A stretch of DNA of 64,000 nt, taken from positions 11,780,001 to 11,844,000 of the forward strand of contig NC_092352.1 in assembly GCF_963676685.1 (NCBI RefSeq). The letters run 5' to 3'. The notes below the pieces were generated by a model that was not told the DNA's origin, did not search any database, and saw only the letters and a program-made list of their open reading frames with translations. This DNA is from Mytilus edulis (taxonomy: Eukaryota). This document shows positions 13,901 to 28,900 of the stretch, in pieces (positions within the stretch are counted from its first letter, which is position 1; every line of letters starts with the position of its first letter). The position numbers and the translations under genes are program-made.

Positions 13901-16900
13901 GGGAGATGTGGTATATCAATTTGACACTACCAATTTCATCAAACGATATGTACTGGAAGAGCAGTGGAACATTTTACCTTATTAGATTCAATTATTATGC
14001 ATATTATTCACATAGGAAAGATTTGCACATTTTGGGACCTTATTCAAATAGAAGTTTCCAGCTGAATTTTTGTGTCAGAGAAAGTAATGACTCGTCTGGA
14101 ATTCAAACAACACAAGGAAATTTCTGTGTGTTCGACATCGGGAAAGGTTGCGCAATTGGTAAGTTTTGAATGCACAAAACTAAACAAGGTAAAGAAATGA
14201 TAAGATTATGTATGGTCAATATAAGAAGGGCTGTATTTATTAATATGATGCAGGCATTACCTGTGGGACGAAGTCTGTATGATTATTTTTTTTCAATTCC
14301 AACATATTAAAACTTTAAAATGTGTTAAAAAAAAAGAAACGGATACACCGTGACGTTTCCGATTTTGGTTCTGTTGTTAGGGATTTTAGTTGTGACGTCA
14401 TACTCGATGTAAACAAAGAAACGATATCATCAGGTAACGTTTTGTTCATATCAAAGAATTATTAAAAATGAAATTGGTATTGAGTTCCTTCCTATAATTA
14501 CTAGACTGATAAATATAAATATATTATTTTTACTCAAAGTCTCACGAAAATGCCACCGGAAAAATGAAGAAGAATTTTGATTTCTGCGTAGATGCGGGAA
14601 TTAAAAAAGTGACAAATAAAAGTTAACGATTTTGAGTTCATTTGTACAATGAAAAATTTTCCCGGTTTTTGTTTTTGTTATTGATTTTTCTACTGTTATA
14701 TTTTATTTTACTACTATTTTTGCAACATTCCAGCAGCACCGGCATACGTATATATCTTCCAATTGATACGACATTCCCATGCTTGTATTTCCTATCATGA
14801 TTTTATTGATAGAGGGTTGCTGTTCACAAGAAAAGTATTCAACCAAGAGTTCCAAATGGTGATGTTGATATCATCCCTTCGTAAATTTTACGGACGATAT
14901 CACTAGTTTGTTGACCGTTATGGAATAACTGTTTCACAAATGATATCGGATATGTTCCTTACGTCTTAAATACCATGCCCTTCCCTTTCATGAATGTGAC
15001 CTACCGAATTAGACTATTTACCGGATTTGTTATCAAATAAGCAACACGACGGGTGCCACTTGTGGAGCAAGATCTGCTTACCCTTCCGAAGCACCTGAGA
15101 TCACACATAGTATTTTGTGTGGTTCGTGTTGTTTAATATTTAGTTTTCTATGTTGTGTCATGTGTACTATTGTTTGTCTGTTTGTCTTTTTAATTTTTAG
15201 CCATGGTGTTGTCAGTTTATTTTTGATTGATGAGTTTGACTGTCCCTCTGGTATCTTTTGTCCCTCTTATTTAGGGTACTTCGTCCCTTTATTATTTTTT
15301 TTCATCTAAAGAAAGAATTATCTTGTAAGTTATGGATGATGTTCTGTCATTATATACATACATTTCACATTAAACTTAAAATAACAAACGTGATTGTTCT
15401 ATTTTTTCGAACTTTCAATTCTCAAAAGTAGTATATCCTTGACCCCTAACCGGAGGGATTGTGCCTGATATTCATATGATGAAGACATAATCTTTCAATC
15501 AGTTTAATTGAGGTCTGGAGCTGGCATGTCAGTTAACTGCTAGTAGTCTGTTGTTATTTATATATTATTGTCATTTTATTTATTTTCTTTTGTTACATCT
15601 TTTTGACATCGGACTCGGACTTCTCTTGAACTGAATGTTAATGTGCGTATTGTTATGTGTTTACTTTTCTACATTGGCTAGAGGTATAGGGGGAGGGTTG
15701 ATATCTCATAAACATGTTTAACCCCGCCGCAATTTTGCGCCTGTCTCAAGTCAGGAGCCTCTTGCCTTTGTTAGTCTTGTATGATTTTTAATTTTAGTTT
15801 CTTGTATATAATTCGGAGTTTAGTATGACGTCCATTATCACTGTACTAGTATACATTTGTTAGGGGCCAGCTGAAGGACACCTACGGGTGCGGGAATTCT
15901 CGCTACATTGAAGACCCATTAGTGGCCTTCAGCTGTTGTCTGCTCTATGGTCGGGTTGTTGTCGCTTGGACACATTCCCCATTTCCTTTCTCAATTTTAT
16001 CCTTGACGTTGACATATCGAAATCAATACGTTACGCTCCTGAATTTTTAAACACTGTACTCACATTAGTAACAGGGTAGTGCTCCAATCAAAGTTACTGG
16101 TCTAATAGTGAAAAAAATATGATTGAAACAAACAGTTAAACAGTTGTATGGCCACCATCACAAACTAGTTGACATATACTCTTCCAAAATGTTTTTGAAA
16201 CCTTTGATCTTGAGATATCAGTAAAATTATCTGACATATATTTAATTAAATCGAATGTATCCAATTCCCCATTTGACATTTTGACTGACAGTGATGAATA
16301 CATAGAAAAATACCCTTACCATGTCGATACAGACGATTTTCTCCGTCTTTCATTTGATGCGATTCCCCTTTTTTGGAACTATGTTTGTCTCTTTTAACCC
16401 TGAATTGGGACAGGCGCAAAATTTCGGCGGGGTTAAACATGTTTATGAGATCTCAACTCTCCCCTATACCTCTAGCCAATGTAGAAAAGTAAACGCATAA
16501 CAATACGCACATTAATACGTTCTCCTATCTATTTGTATTGTAGTCCTGTAATATTATGTTGTCATTTCAATGTTATATTTAACATTGCCATTAAAGTGCG
16601 AGGTTTGGCATGCCACAAAACCAGGTTCAACCCACCATTTTTTCCTTTAAAAATGTCCTGTACCAAGTCAGGAATATGGCCATTGTTATAGTATTGTTCG
16701 TTTCTGTGTGTGTTACATTTTAACGTTGCGTCGTTTGTTTTCTCTTACTTTTGAGTGTAATTTCACATTGCGATAAGACGTGTCACGGTACTTGTCTATC
16801 CCAAATTCATGTATTTGGTTTTTATGTTATATTTGTTACTCTCGTGGGATTTTGTATGATGCTTGGTCCGTTTCTATGTGTGTTAGAATTTAGTGTTGTG

Positions 16901-19900
16901 TCGTTGTTTTTCTCTTATATTTAATGCGTTTCCCTCGATTTTAGTTTGTTACCCCGATTTTGTTTTTTTGTCCATGGATTTATGAGTTTTTAACAACGGT
17001 ATACTACTGTTGACTTTATTTAAACAATTTACGAATTTAAACACTATTTTATTTGAATGGGCTTTCAGATTCATCTTTACCGATTTGACTCAGATTTTCA
17101 TATTTGATATATAATAATGTAAAACATTTATCCAAATTGTAAAAAGTCTAGGTCTGTTGAATTTCATATCATAGATTAAATATGTATGATAATAATCGCT
17201 TGTTACTGTATAAGAATGATTTTCGTCGATCAAATCAGTCAATCAAATTATTTACCTTTGTTTTACTTTCAATGTTGACATTCTTTTCCCTTTAAATAAC
17301 TAAACACGCACTATGCATGATGTATCCATCTCTAGCTCAGGGTTTTAATTGAATTTCTCGTGAATACGGATTCAACGTGGTCGAATTATTCACCTACAAG
17401 TGAATAATTCATCATCAATGTCTCTTAGCTAATTTTGATAATATTGAACAATAATGGCTGCTTAAAACGATTAATAGTTGAATAAAAATAATCATACTTT
17501 AGATTTTTTACATATATTGTAGCTAGTGCCCCTTTAACTATAGCACCATAAAATTCAGAAATAGTTTTTTTGTTTGTTAATTCTTTAAAAAAATATGTTT
17601 ATTCTATTAGGAATAGTATAAAAAAAACTGGTACTCTTATTTCAAAACCATCAGCTACTATGTCAAAAACAAGTAAGGGCAGAAACAATTCGTATAAATG
17701 CAATGTAAAATTTAAGAAGAAGAATATACAAATTGATTTAAAGAGCATTAACTGATAAGTCTATACACGACTGCATATAAGATAAACTCATCTTTATACA
17801 ATTGGTAGGTTTTAAAGAAGGCAATATGACTTTAAGAGGCTATCACATTAACATGGTGGGATTCGGTATACATTCTGAGAAGTCAACAAGTGTGATATTT
17901 TGTTGCAAAGAAGATAATACCAGCAATTTGTCCGAAGTATTTCCACATGAGTACCCGTTCGTTTTATTAAAGGTATGACGCACTTTACACAAAAAAAGCC
18001 CCTGTCAAGCAACAAGTGTTGCAATGTTGATTTGTAACCAGTTATGTATATAAAATTTTGTGCGTATTACATTATATAATCATAGTCTTTCAATGAGTCA
18101 ATATGAATTAAAAGATTTTAAAAATTTGCAGATGTGATTTATATATAGATGTCTAAAATAAAATACGATAGGCTGCCAATAATATCATTATTGTTTGACG
18201 CAAATTTTATATTGCGGTTCTTCAAAAGTAAATCATCAACATTCCAACTGGCTCAGTTTTCGGAAAATGACATCGTAACAAACATTAGGGTGTTACTACC
18301 TCTTTAAAAGCAGAACATAAACAAATAAAAGTTCCAACTACTAGTATGTACTGGCTTCCATATCTGCACAAAACACCTTTTGAACCCATTAATTTACCAC
18401 TAAACTGTCTATTTGAGTTACTTGTAACCTAGTATTGTTTATTTGTTTTAAATCAGGTATCAAAAATAGTCGAATTAATTACTTTCTGTCGAAATTCGTT
18501 TTGACTAATAAGATTTGTGCTTTCGAATCAGTTAGTTTTGATTTTTCTACTGCATAAACCACTTTGCCTCATATATATAATCTCATTTAGAAAAACATCA
18601 CATACCTAATCAAATCGGCATTACGTCTACTTTATTTGGACTTCGGTGGATAGTTGTCTCATTGCCATTCATACCAAATCCTGTTATTTTTACAAATGAA
18701 AAAAGTCAGAATGTGAAAATATGTTTTCAAATTCTTTATGTAACGACGATCAAAATTACATATCACACTTAGCCTATATGTATATGCATGGCCGTGGGAT
18801 ATGCTAATGGTTTGTATTGTGTTATAAGTTCCAAGATATTTTTGTATTGAATAGGGTCCAAGCAAAGCCCATTGCGAACATATAAACGATATGACTGTTA
18901 GTGAAGACACGATGTTCATGATTAGACATGGTGTACAGTGGCCATTTCATGGAACGATTCCTAATGTGACATTGACTGATACACATATCGGAATTCCATT
19001 TTGTGTCTATCAACCGAAAAGTTACAGTAATCCTATTGGTTTAGAAGGTACGTATTCATATTTCAAAAGACGTCTGGTAGACTTTTAGGGAAATAAAAGG
19101 CCAATATATAGAAGCATGAAACTACAGAAATATCAGTTAATTTGAAACACTGTCATCAATTTAACTAGCAGTACACAGGATAGGAAAGACAAGGTTTTTT
19201 TTCTAAATCATTCGATTTTCTATCTGTTTGACCAGCCCAGGAGTCAGCACCTCTGTGTTAACATGAATTATCATTGATATGGTCATATTTATAAATTAAC
19301 TGGTAACTGAAATAATAAGGCTTTTCTACCTCAGGAACATATTACCGTCGCTGTATTTGGTAAAACTTTTAGTAACTTAAGTCCCCAATGCTCTTTAACT
19401 TACTACTGTATTTGGTCTTTTTAACCTTTTGGGATTGGAGCGTCACTGATGATTCTTTTGAAGACGGAACGCGTGTCTGGTTTTAATATAAAATGTTATC
19501 CTGGTATCTACGTTGAGTTTTTTTTATGCAAACTAAGAATATAATACTGATTATCCCTTCAGTACGACACCCTGTTTTAATTGGGTTCTGTATTGTCTGT
19601 AATTTTCTCGCAAACTCTTCCATTTGTTTTTTTAGCTATGGTGTAGTCTCTTTTTCTTCAATTTTTTTTTTAATTTATTTTCTTCATTCCTTCTTGGTAT
19701 ATTATGTGCCTTTTTAATTACCAAGTAAGATCAACTTTTCACACAAACACAACAAAATTCTTGAGAAAAAGTAATATTCATTGAATAATCCAAAGAATTA
19801 CTGAGCTTCATTGTCAAACAAGAAATATATTTTAGGATGTTCCCTGCTTTCTTTCAAAATACCAAACTCTATAAAATACCTTAATAGTATATAAAAACAG

Positions 19901-22900
19901 GATCTAAAAAAGCAGGACAAAATATGAAGGATTCGAGTGCTAGTTTTCGAGTTAACAGTCTTTGAAAATTTGGTGGTAAATGATAAGCTTTAGTTTTTTC
20001 ATACATTTAACATTGGCATCTTTTCTCTTCAAATACTATTAAGAAATAACAAGGATTTAATAAATTTTAAACTACATGTTTATCTAATGAAACGAACAGT
20101 AGGATTAGTGGGGAAAATATTGTAAGGCACCACATGCAAAAAAACCACAGGATTCCAGTAATCTGGCAAAATTTTTAAACAAGATAAACGATAATCCTTA
20201 ATATATATGTATGCTTTGTTTATATAAACCGAATCCAAATATTTGAGCGATTATGCAGAACCAAAAAAAAAAATCAAACAATCAAATATTAGCAGCAAAA
20301 CTTTGTCTTCAGTAATGTGAATTCGATATTAACATGGAATTTTATAAAATGACTGATTTGGACAGCCCTAAAATATAAAATTAAAAATAATCATACTTTT
20401 TACTCCAGCATATATATTTTAAATTAGCTATGTTCAGGTGAAATTAAACAGTTCTTTAGCTTAATTTTTTATTTCATTTGTTTTACCATTTTCCTGCACA
20501 TATGATTTCTAATAAATTTAGATAGCTGAGATTACACACATACACTACTACATGACATGTGTGTCACCGAATATAAAAGTGCATTCGAAACACTTTTTTA
20601 ATATGATTTCTATTCCAATTAAAAAGTGACTATGCATCTTTGCAATTACATGCAATATGAAGATGGAAACATTTGATTCATTTTTCTCAATACTTTCTAG
20701 AACTACAGAATCCGTATCCATTATCAGAAGTGTATAGTATTGGAAGGCCAGTATATTCATCGCCATACTTGAAATCATCCAGCAATAACCCGAACTTTGT
20801 AGTCGATGAAGGTAAAGGAAATTCAATTATTAAGAGCATTGCTCTGTAACCGCCAACCAACTCATATAGGCGGGTCGGCACGCAACGTTATTAATTTTCC
20901 AAGAATTGTTCAAAAGTCATTTTTCATTGTATTAATTGTGTAATTAAACACAGTTTGAATAACCAAACATTATATGTCAAGTTTCTAGTCAATTAATGAT
21001 AAAAGAATGAACTGATAGGAGGACGATCAAATTAGTTAATTGGTTGGTGTTGGGCCTTTTAGCAAGAGTTTTTTTTTATAGACAGGATAAACATTTTCAC
21101 TCGTTATCATGGGTTTTGATAACAATGATCATGTTATTGTCCAATAAATTTTAAATTTACAAAATGATAAATAAAGTATCGACAATTGTGTTTGAAGAAA
21201 TAAAGCATTCTTTGACTTTAATCATAATCATATATTAAATTTTTGATTTATATTAGTATGAAAAGTGTTTTTTTTTTTTTAGTTCTCTGTAAATAAGAAT
21301 TTTAATATGATACGCTTCGTATATGCTTTGTATTCAACCTCGTGATAATTTATTTGATAAATCTATACTTAGCGCAGACTCCGAGGCTGTTAAAATCTCC
21401 CATGTTATCCCACATGTATCGTAACGTATGTGTAAACGCTATGTCGATTACTTTGTTTAAAAAATTGTAATTGAAAAAAAACATAACCTTTCTTCTTATT
21501 CTGCGGAATAACAGAAAGAACTAATTCATTAAAGCTCAGAAAAATGTAAAAAGTAAAGATGATTTAAAGATTTATCTAACTGGTTAATAAAACTTTTTAA
21601 AAAAATGTCAATTTTGATAGTAGTGTTATTGGTTGCCATTTCAAACACACGAAAATTTGTCGCAAGTAAACTTGGAAAGTTAAAAATCACGTACACTTAC
21701 ATTTAATAATTAGAATGAGTATATTTAAACCCCTTTTAGAAAAAAATGATACTGATATTTCTTCAAATTGATTTATTTCTCAAGCAAGATACTTTGAAGG
21801 TTTAAAAGAGGGTCGAAAGATACCAGAGGAACAGTCAAACTCATAGATAAGAAATAAACTGACAACGTCACGGCTAAAAATGAAAACGACAAACAGACAA
21901 ACAATATTACACATGACACACCGTAAAAAACTAAAGAATAAGCAACACGAATCCCACCAAAAACTGGGGGTGCTGCCGAAGGGTAAGCAGATTATGCTCC
22001 ACATGTGGCACCCGTCGTGTTGCTAATGTTATTAAAAAATCCGGTAAATAGTCTAATTCGGTAGGTCGCATTCATGAAAGGGACGCGGATTGTAGTTACG
22101 ACGCAAGGAACATATCCGATATCATCAGTGAAACGGTTATGCCATAACAATTAACCAACTCGTGATGGCGTCCGTAACATTTACGAAGGAATGATTTCAA
22201 CTTTACTATTTGGACCTCTTGGTTTCATAGCTTCCTTGTGAGCAGCAACCCTCTATCAAGAAAATTATGATAGGAAATACAAGCACGGGAATATCGTATC
22301 AATTGGGAGATATATACCCCGTATGCAGGTGCTACAGGAAAGTTGCTACTTAGAAATTGAAAGTTCACAATTGGAAAGCTAAAATCACCTCTTTTGTCGT
22401 AAAGTTTTGTTTTCAACCGACCCTCGTTGTCAATTTCTAGATGTAAGTCAAGATATGAGGCCGACTTATTTGCTGTATAAAGTCAGACTCATGATAGTTG
22501 TTACATAAAAAAATCTTATTTGACTTTAGAAATGTATTGTTAGAAAAAGTAATACTTGAATCTAAGTTACAACTTAAGAAACTTCCAAAAATAGCACACA
22601 CAGTAGCATAATCATTTATTGGATTTTAGGAATACTTACCATAAAACAAGAATTTTAAGTATGGTAAATTTATTTGAATGTTGTTTGTATTTCCTCACAG
22701 GCCTTCCAGGAGTGTTTTCGGGAATGTTTTCTACAGTTCTGACAGTAAGACCGTGGATTCAGATTGATCTTCAACAATTTATCAATGTCACTCATATTAT
22801 TTCTCGAGATGAAAGAAGTAAGTCAATTAAACAAAGGAGATTTTTGCATCTATACAATTGTCAAGTGAAAGAGACACCATTAGGCTTCTAACATTGGGAT

Positions 22901-25900
22901 CGTCCAATAAAAATGGATCACTAAATTATTATAATAAAAATTAATGAAAAAACAAAGCAATTTATAAAAAATCACTCATTTGTTTTATTCTGAGCGATAG
23001 TTCACTAAAAATATCAAGGTGAAAACTATTGCATTATATCCTACTTTATTAAAGTTTCATTGAGGCAAGGATAAAATTATAACAATTCAAACTGCCTTGG
23101 ATGTTATATTATAGAAGATTAGAAACATATGTTTCTTACACGTTATATGTAAATCATTGAAAGTGTTCGTGGAAAAAAAAAGATATTTTAAAAAAATTAA
23201 ATAAAAATTAGTAAACCATATTCTAACCTTGGGATATAAGATAAACAACAATCACTTTTGCAATTTGAAATGCTTATCATATTCCTGAAGGTCTGAATGC
23301 AGATGAAAACCTGTACATACTGTTGCCATTTTCAAATCAAATTTCAAGAAATATCAGAAATGGAGTTTAAACGGCAGGGTTAACTTTGTTAACTGAATCA
23401 AACTACATACATGTTTATCTTTTCATTCTTTTATATTTAAGATTGATATAATATAAAGTATAATCAATCATGTGATCAAAACCATATACTAAGATAGCAT
23501 CTATGTAGGTGTATAAGCTAAAAATTGTGTGTTGATGTATAAACCCCAAATGGCACAGAACAAGATCTGCTCTAGGTAGTCTATTGTAGACAAGACGGTA
23601 CATTTTTGCATCATGGGTTACATTGTTCGCACTATTGTCGAATTGAAAAAATAAGGGGACACAAGAAGATTTTTGAAATGAATGATATATCTTCTTGTCT
23701 TCAATTATGAAGTAAATAAGCAAGTTGAATTATCCACTTTTGGTTCACTGAACGTTAAATTTGACCGATATAGTTTGTTGTCCATTCATTTGATGTTTTT
23801 GAGCTTTTAATTTTGCCATTTGAATAAGGACTATCTATTTTGAATTATCCTCGGAGTCAGTATTTTTGTGTGTTTACTTTTATTCAAAGAATAAAAACAT
23901 TCGAATAAATATATACAAGTATAATAAACCTTACATATAAAGTCATTTTTCTTAATAGCAAGCTAATTATCTATAAAACATACCTATATCAAATATGATA
24001 GTAAAACTTTAAATAAACAAAAAAGTAGCACATGTAGGTTTCAATAGTAGTATTTCCTGGCCAATTAGGATAATGATAGCTTTTTGGCATTTTTTTGACT
24101 TATTAACACTAACCAAATACATACATACACTGTTTATTGAAGTTATATCTTAAAACAATTTTGAATTTCTTTGATGACTGTATACTCTTTCTGTTATCTT
24201 TATAAACTTGGCCACTGGTATTTTTATGTATTTTATCATGCGGTGAATTTGACATTTTAAATATTACTTCAAAAGTTATTTTCATCTGCATGTAAAATAA
24301 TTTCAATTCTAGGTTACACAAAAGAGCAACCTTAATGACGAAACATAAAAACTATTGTGCCACTTTAACAAAGACATAAAAAAAAAACTTTAAACCAGCC
24401 ACGGCAGTTATGGTGAATATATTTCTTACTAGGAAACATATAACAATAAAGAAAACTCGTCTGTTTTTTTTTAAGCAAACAATTACTAACAGATAATAAC
24501 CCTATTCCTGCTGGCGGCAATTTTTTTTTATGACATATAAACGTTTTATTCCTTAATATTTCCTGTATACAATTACCTTAGTCGTCCAGGAACAGGCTAA
24601 GGGTCCCTGTTTACAAAATGAACCATCTATCCAGGGGAAATAGAAGGCAATAAAAAGGTAGTCCACCTTTTACCTTGGATTTACAATTAGTGTAAAAAAA
24701 ATATAACCATATAATGTTAGAAGCATCTAACAGTTCCATAATTATTTTAAAGTACAGTAAGTACATGTAAATAATAAGATACCCACACAAGAGATGTGCA
24801 TTTACTACAATAAACATGATAGTTTAACTTTTTTATCATTTTTTTTTTATATTTGTATAAATTGTTAACATCGATATTCTTATACGATAACCCATTAAAA
24901 AAATGCACTTTGACTCAAGCTTATACCATAATTATTGTCTACATTTTCATTATTGCCAACTCCCAATTTTGTCTTATCAATGTTTTTTTTTATTTTACCA
25001 TTTTTTCGTAAGCAGCGAACAAAAACCGATCATCAGATGTCTCAAATCAGAAAAAAGTAAAATATGGTGATTCATAAGAAAGTAATGGATTGCCAACTCT
25101 ATTTCTAGTTAATATGGCTCTGAACGCAAAAGTGAAAGTACAAAATAAAAAAAAAAAAAAAAACATTACCGAACTCCGAGGAAAATTCAATCGTAAAGTT
25201 TCAAATCAAATAGCAAAATCAAATGACAAAACACATCAAACGCATGGACAACACTGTCATATTCCTGACTTGGTAAAGGCATTTTCAAATGTAAAAAATG
25301 CCGATTCAACCTTGTTTTATAGCGCTTAACTTCTCACCTGTATGACAAAGAAAGAAATTTTGTCGTCCAATGTTTATTCAAAAATTATAATTTCACATTG
25401 GGAATGGTGGTATACAGGGTAAAAAAATCAAAAGTTAAGTTAAAATTAATTTCAGAAAGAGACCAAGATTTAAAATTGTCCAGACGTTCTTTAAGAATCC
25501 ACCTATGATTAGTAATATTACGCGAGTAAAATAATTTTGTCGTTTGTCATTCAAAGTATTTTTAAATTTATAATAGAAAAATAACATAATGTAAGATAAT
25601 TGAACAATAACATAATGACGGGATCTTTTAAAGCATAGAGTCACATTATAAGAACCAAAGAAACACAAAAACGATAGTTCATTCAACATATTACAGCATG
25701 TCTTACATTCCATTTAACATTTGTAGGTTATGTTGGCAACATAACAAGATTCTTAAAATGGCATTCCACTCTTATTTTTTAAATAATTTGACAATATAGG
25801 AAAAAGGATATATCTCGAAGTTGGCTGTTTGTCTCTTTCTTTTTTAGGAAAAATTTGTCCCCTTACTTAATTAATTTACCTTTTTGGTTATTACTATGGT

Positions 25901-28900
25901 CGGAAAAGAAAAAAAAATCATGACAATTACATAACTTTCTACTCAATCTGATATATAACAACAATCCCATTATTTAATCAAACACAACACAAAGTATTTC
26001 CGGTCCCGGAACGTGGAAAAAACTCATCAGTTATTCAATCAGATATATTTAGAGATACGTTCAAAAGCTTTAAGGGAAAGTGGAAAATAAAAAAAATCAG
26101 TTCGAAAATTATCTTGAATAATGGGAGGAAACTAAGATAAAAGCAGGGTTCAGGTTGCTAAGTCTTTAGTTTTCTATGTTGTGTTTTCTGTACTATTATT
26201 TGTCTGTTTGTCTTTTTGTTTTTAGCCATTGCGTTGTCAGTTTATTTTCAATCTATGAGTTTGACTGTCCCTCTGTTATCTTTTGCTCCTCTCATACTGC
26301 ACGATATGTTTGATTTTTGTGAATAAGAAAATGAGGAGGGCGCGATCGTATTTTTGATTCAACAAAAAGCATTTGATAATGCGGATTATTTTACGTCCTT
26401 TCACTAGATAAAGGCAACACTAGTGTACCTCTGTTTTGATAGAGCAAACACAAATCCGGGTCACAAGAAACAATATTTCAACATTACATTAGTTTTCTTT
26501 TGTTAATTTGCTTGACTTTATTGTTCTACTTAAGATAATTCAGGTAGAAAAAACATGACAGAATTTTCTTATAAAATTTCCAAAATGAAGATTTTACAAT
26601 GCTTTAAAAAAAAAATTTTAAGATACGAGTCGTTCAAAATTACCAAAATTTTCTTAGATTGTTCATGAAAAAACCCCACATTTTTGTGCATTAAAAGAGG
26701 TCTACGAAACTTAATTATGAAATCAAGTATAAGAAGATAGGTTTTATAATACATTTTAGTAAAATAAAAAGAAAAATATTATGTCAGCGAACTTGTTATC
26801 TTGCTACAAATAAAACATGAAAATTTCCCTGTATGTCCAGTATAAATTTTGTACTAAAAGAGTTTTCTCCCCTGATATGGTTTCTTAATAAATAAAAAAT
26901 AATTCTAAAAGCACAAATATTTGGAATTTATTTAAACATTTTCGATAATGTAATGAATAACTAAGTTTCCTTTATATAGATAAACAGTATAACCAATAAT
27001 TTTCGAGTCTGTCTCGAAATTTGCAGATTTGGACAACTATCACTTATATAAATAGAAATGTTATCAAAGTGTAGCAATTGTTATGAGATGTTACCAAATT
27101 TAAAAGTTTTTGTTAATGGTGGTAGAAACAAACATGGCAATTAAAATAAAACAGTTGTATTTTTTTTCCTTACAGGTACTTCCAATCAAATTCCGCAGAA
27201 CTTGTATGGAATGTTTGTCAGTATAAATCAATGGGATTTTGTAAACAGAGGAGCTTTAACATGTTTCTTTGGGCTAACGGTGTTTAATTTTCGTTGTCGG
27301 CGTCCAATTACCGGACAGTATGTAACACTTACAGTGGAATATGAACACATGTTTCACCTCAGTGCCTTAACGGATTTGAAAGTCTTTGGTTTTCGTAAGT
27401 TTATACAATGGGACTGTTTATACGTCAAAAAAAAATAATACTGAATTTCAAATAATCGTTATTTACAATGTTTTCAGTTATGGTTGATAGGCTGTTAGAC
27501 AACATGGAGGCGATATTTCTTTTATAAATTGGTGCAGTAACAGTTTTAAGAAAAAAATGCCGATATACTGTGTGAATGTATAATTGTCCGATTCAGTCTT
27601 CTGTTGAAAATCCTATTGAATTATCATAATACCTGTCGACTGTCGTACAGTTTTTACGTCGTAATCGAATTTTACAAAACATGGGTAATATACGTGGCTT
27701 TACAATTTAAAAACAAAATCCTGATCTAACTCGGTTTAATTAGTAAGTCTCGATGATGTCAGCAATAGTTGGCTTTAAAATCATTAACTATTTATCAGCT
27801 TTTAATAACTTCCAGAAAAGGAAATATAAAACTCGCGAGTTCCCAAAAATTGAGAACACAATAACAATCAAAACCAAGGAGTAAACAAAGACTCACAAAA
27901 CCAAAGGACATTTACATCAACAGTTATAAATAATAAATAAGAAACACACGATCTCCACTAAAAACCGGAAGTAAACTCAGGTGCTCCGGAAGGGTAAGCA
28001 TTTCCTGCACCGTAAACGGCACCCGTCGTGTTATTTCTTTGTTAAGTTCGGTAATGATGGAAGGTTATTATGACAGAGGAAGAATATCAGATTTGATTTT
28101 TGACACATTTTCGTCATAATGGCCAATCAGCTCATGATTCATTCATAGCCCTGTCTTAGCAAGTATTCCTCGTTCAACAAAATCAACGTACTGTTAGCTA
28201 GCTCTAGAGTAACGTATCAATTGAGACATATATACTCCATTTGAAGGTGCCGCTTAAATGTTGCTACACAGAAATGGAAAGTTGACTATAGGAAAATTAA
28301 AATCATCGCGTTTGTCATAAATTTTGGTATTTAACCTACCATCAGTAGTCATTTCGAGAAAAAGGTATAAATATGAAGCAGATTTATCTGTGTCGGTAGT
28401 ATCTTAAATTTCAAGTTCACTTGGATATATTAAATGTAAGTGATCACTGAATCTATAAAACCACGGCAAAACCGGACTTATGGTTGATGGTTCAATATTA
28501 ACTATTTCCTAAGTATTATTCATAGTTGTGAAAAAGGAATTGATTTTTACTGTAATAGGATACGTGCTCCTTTGTTTGTTTACCGCACTATATTGTGATG
28601 TGGAAGTGTAATCAAAGCATGATGACATTTAGAAATAAGAAAATGTCCTGGTCATCCGATAATTCGGATTCGAAGGAATCATTTTAATGGAAAGTTTTAA
28701 TAGAAGTCTGTACTGAAAGTGAAAGAAATTGTATGGCTAATCTGCAAATTTGATTTTTCAAGATATTGAAATGAACCACCAACATTTGTCTTACTGAAAA
28801 AAAAACCAACAACACTTATACATGATGTTATATATTGCGTCCTTTTAGCACGGTTTGTCTCTTAACTATTTATCATGTTATTGTTTTTAATCATTATTTC

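Noticed and set aside
15470-15525. Hammerhead or SECIS in tgatattcatatgatgaagac...gtctgga
   Set aside because: No complete CUGANGA/GAAA core and no convincing SECIS quartet with apical AA at the right spacing.
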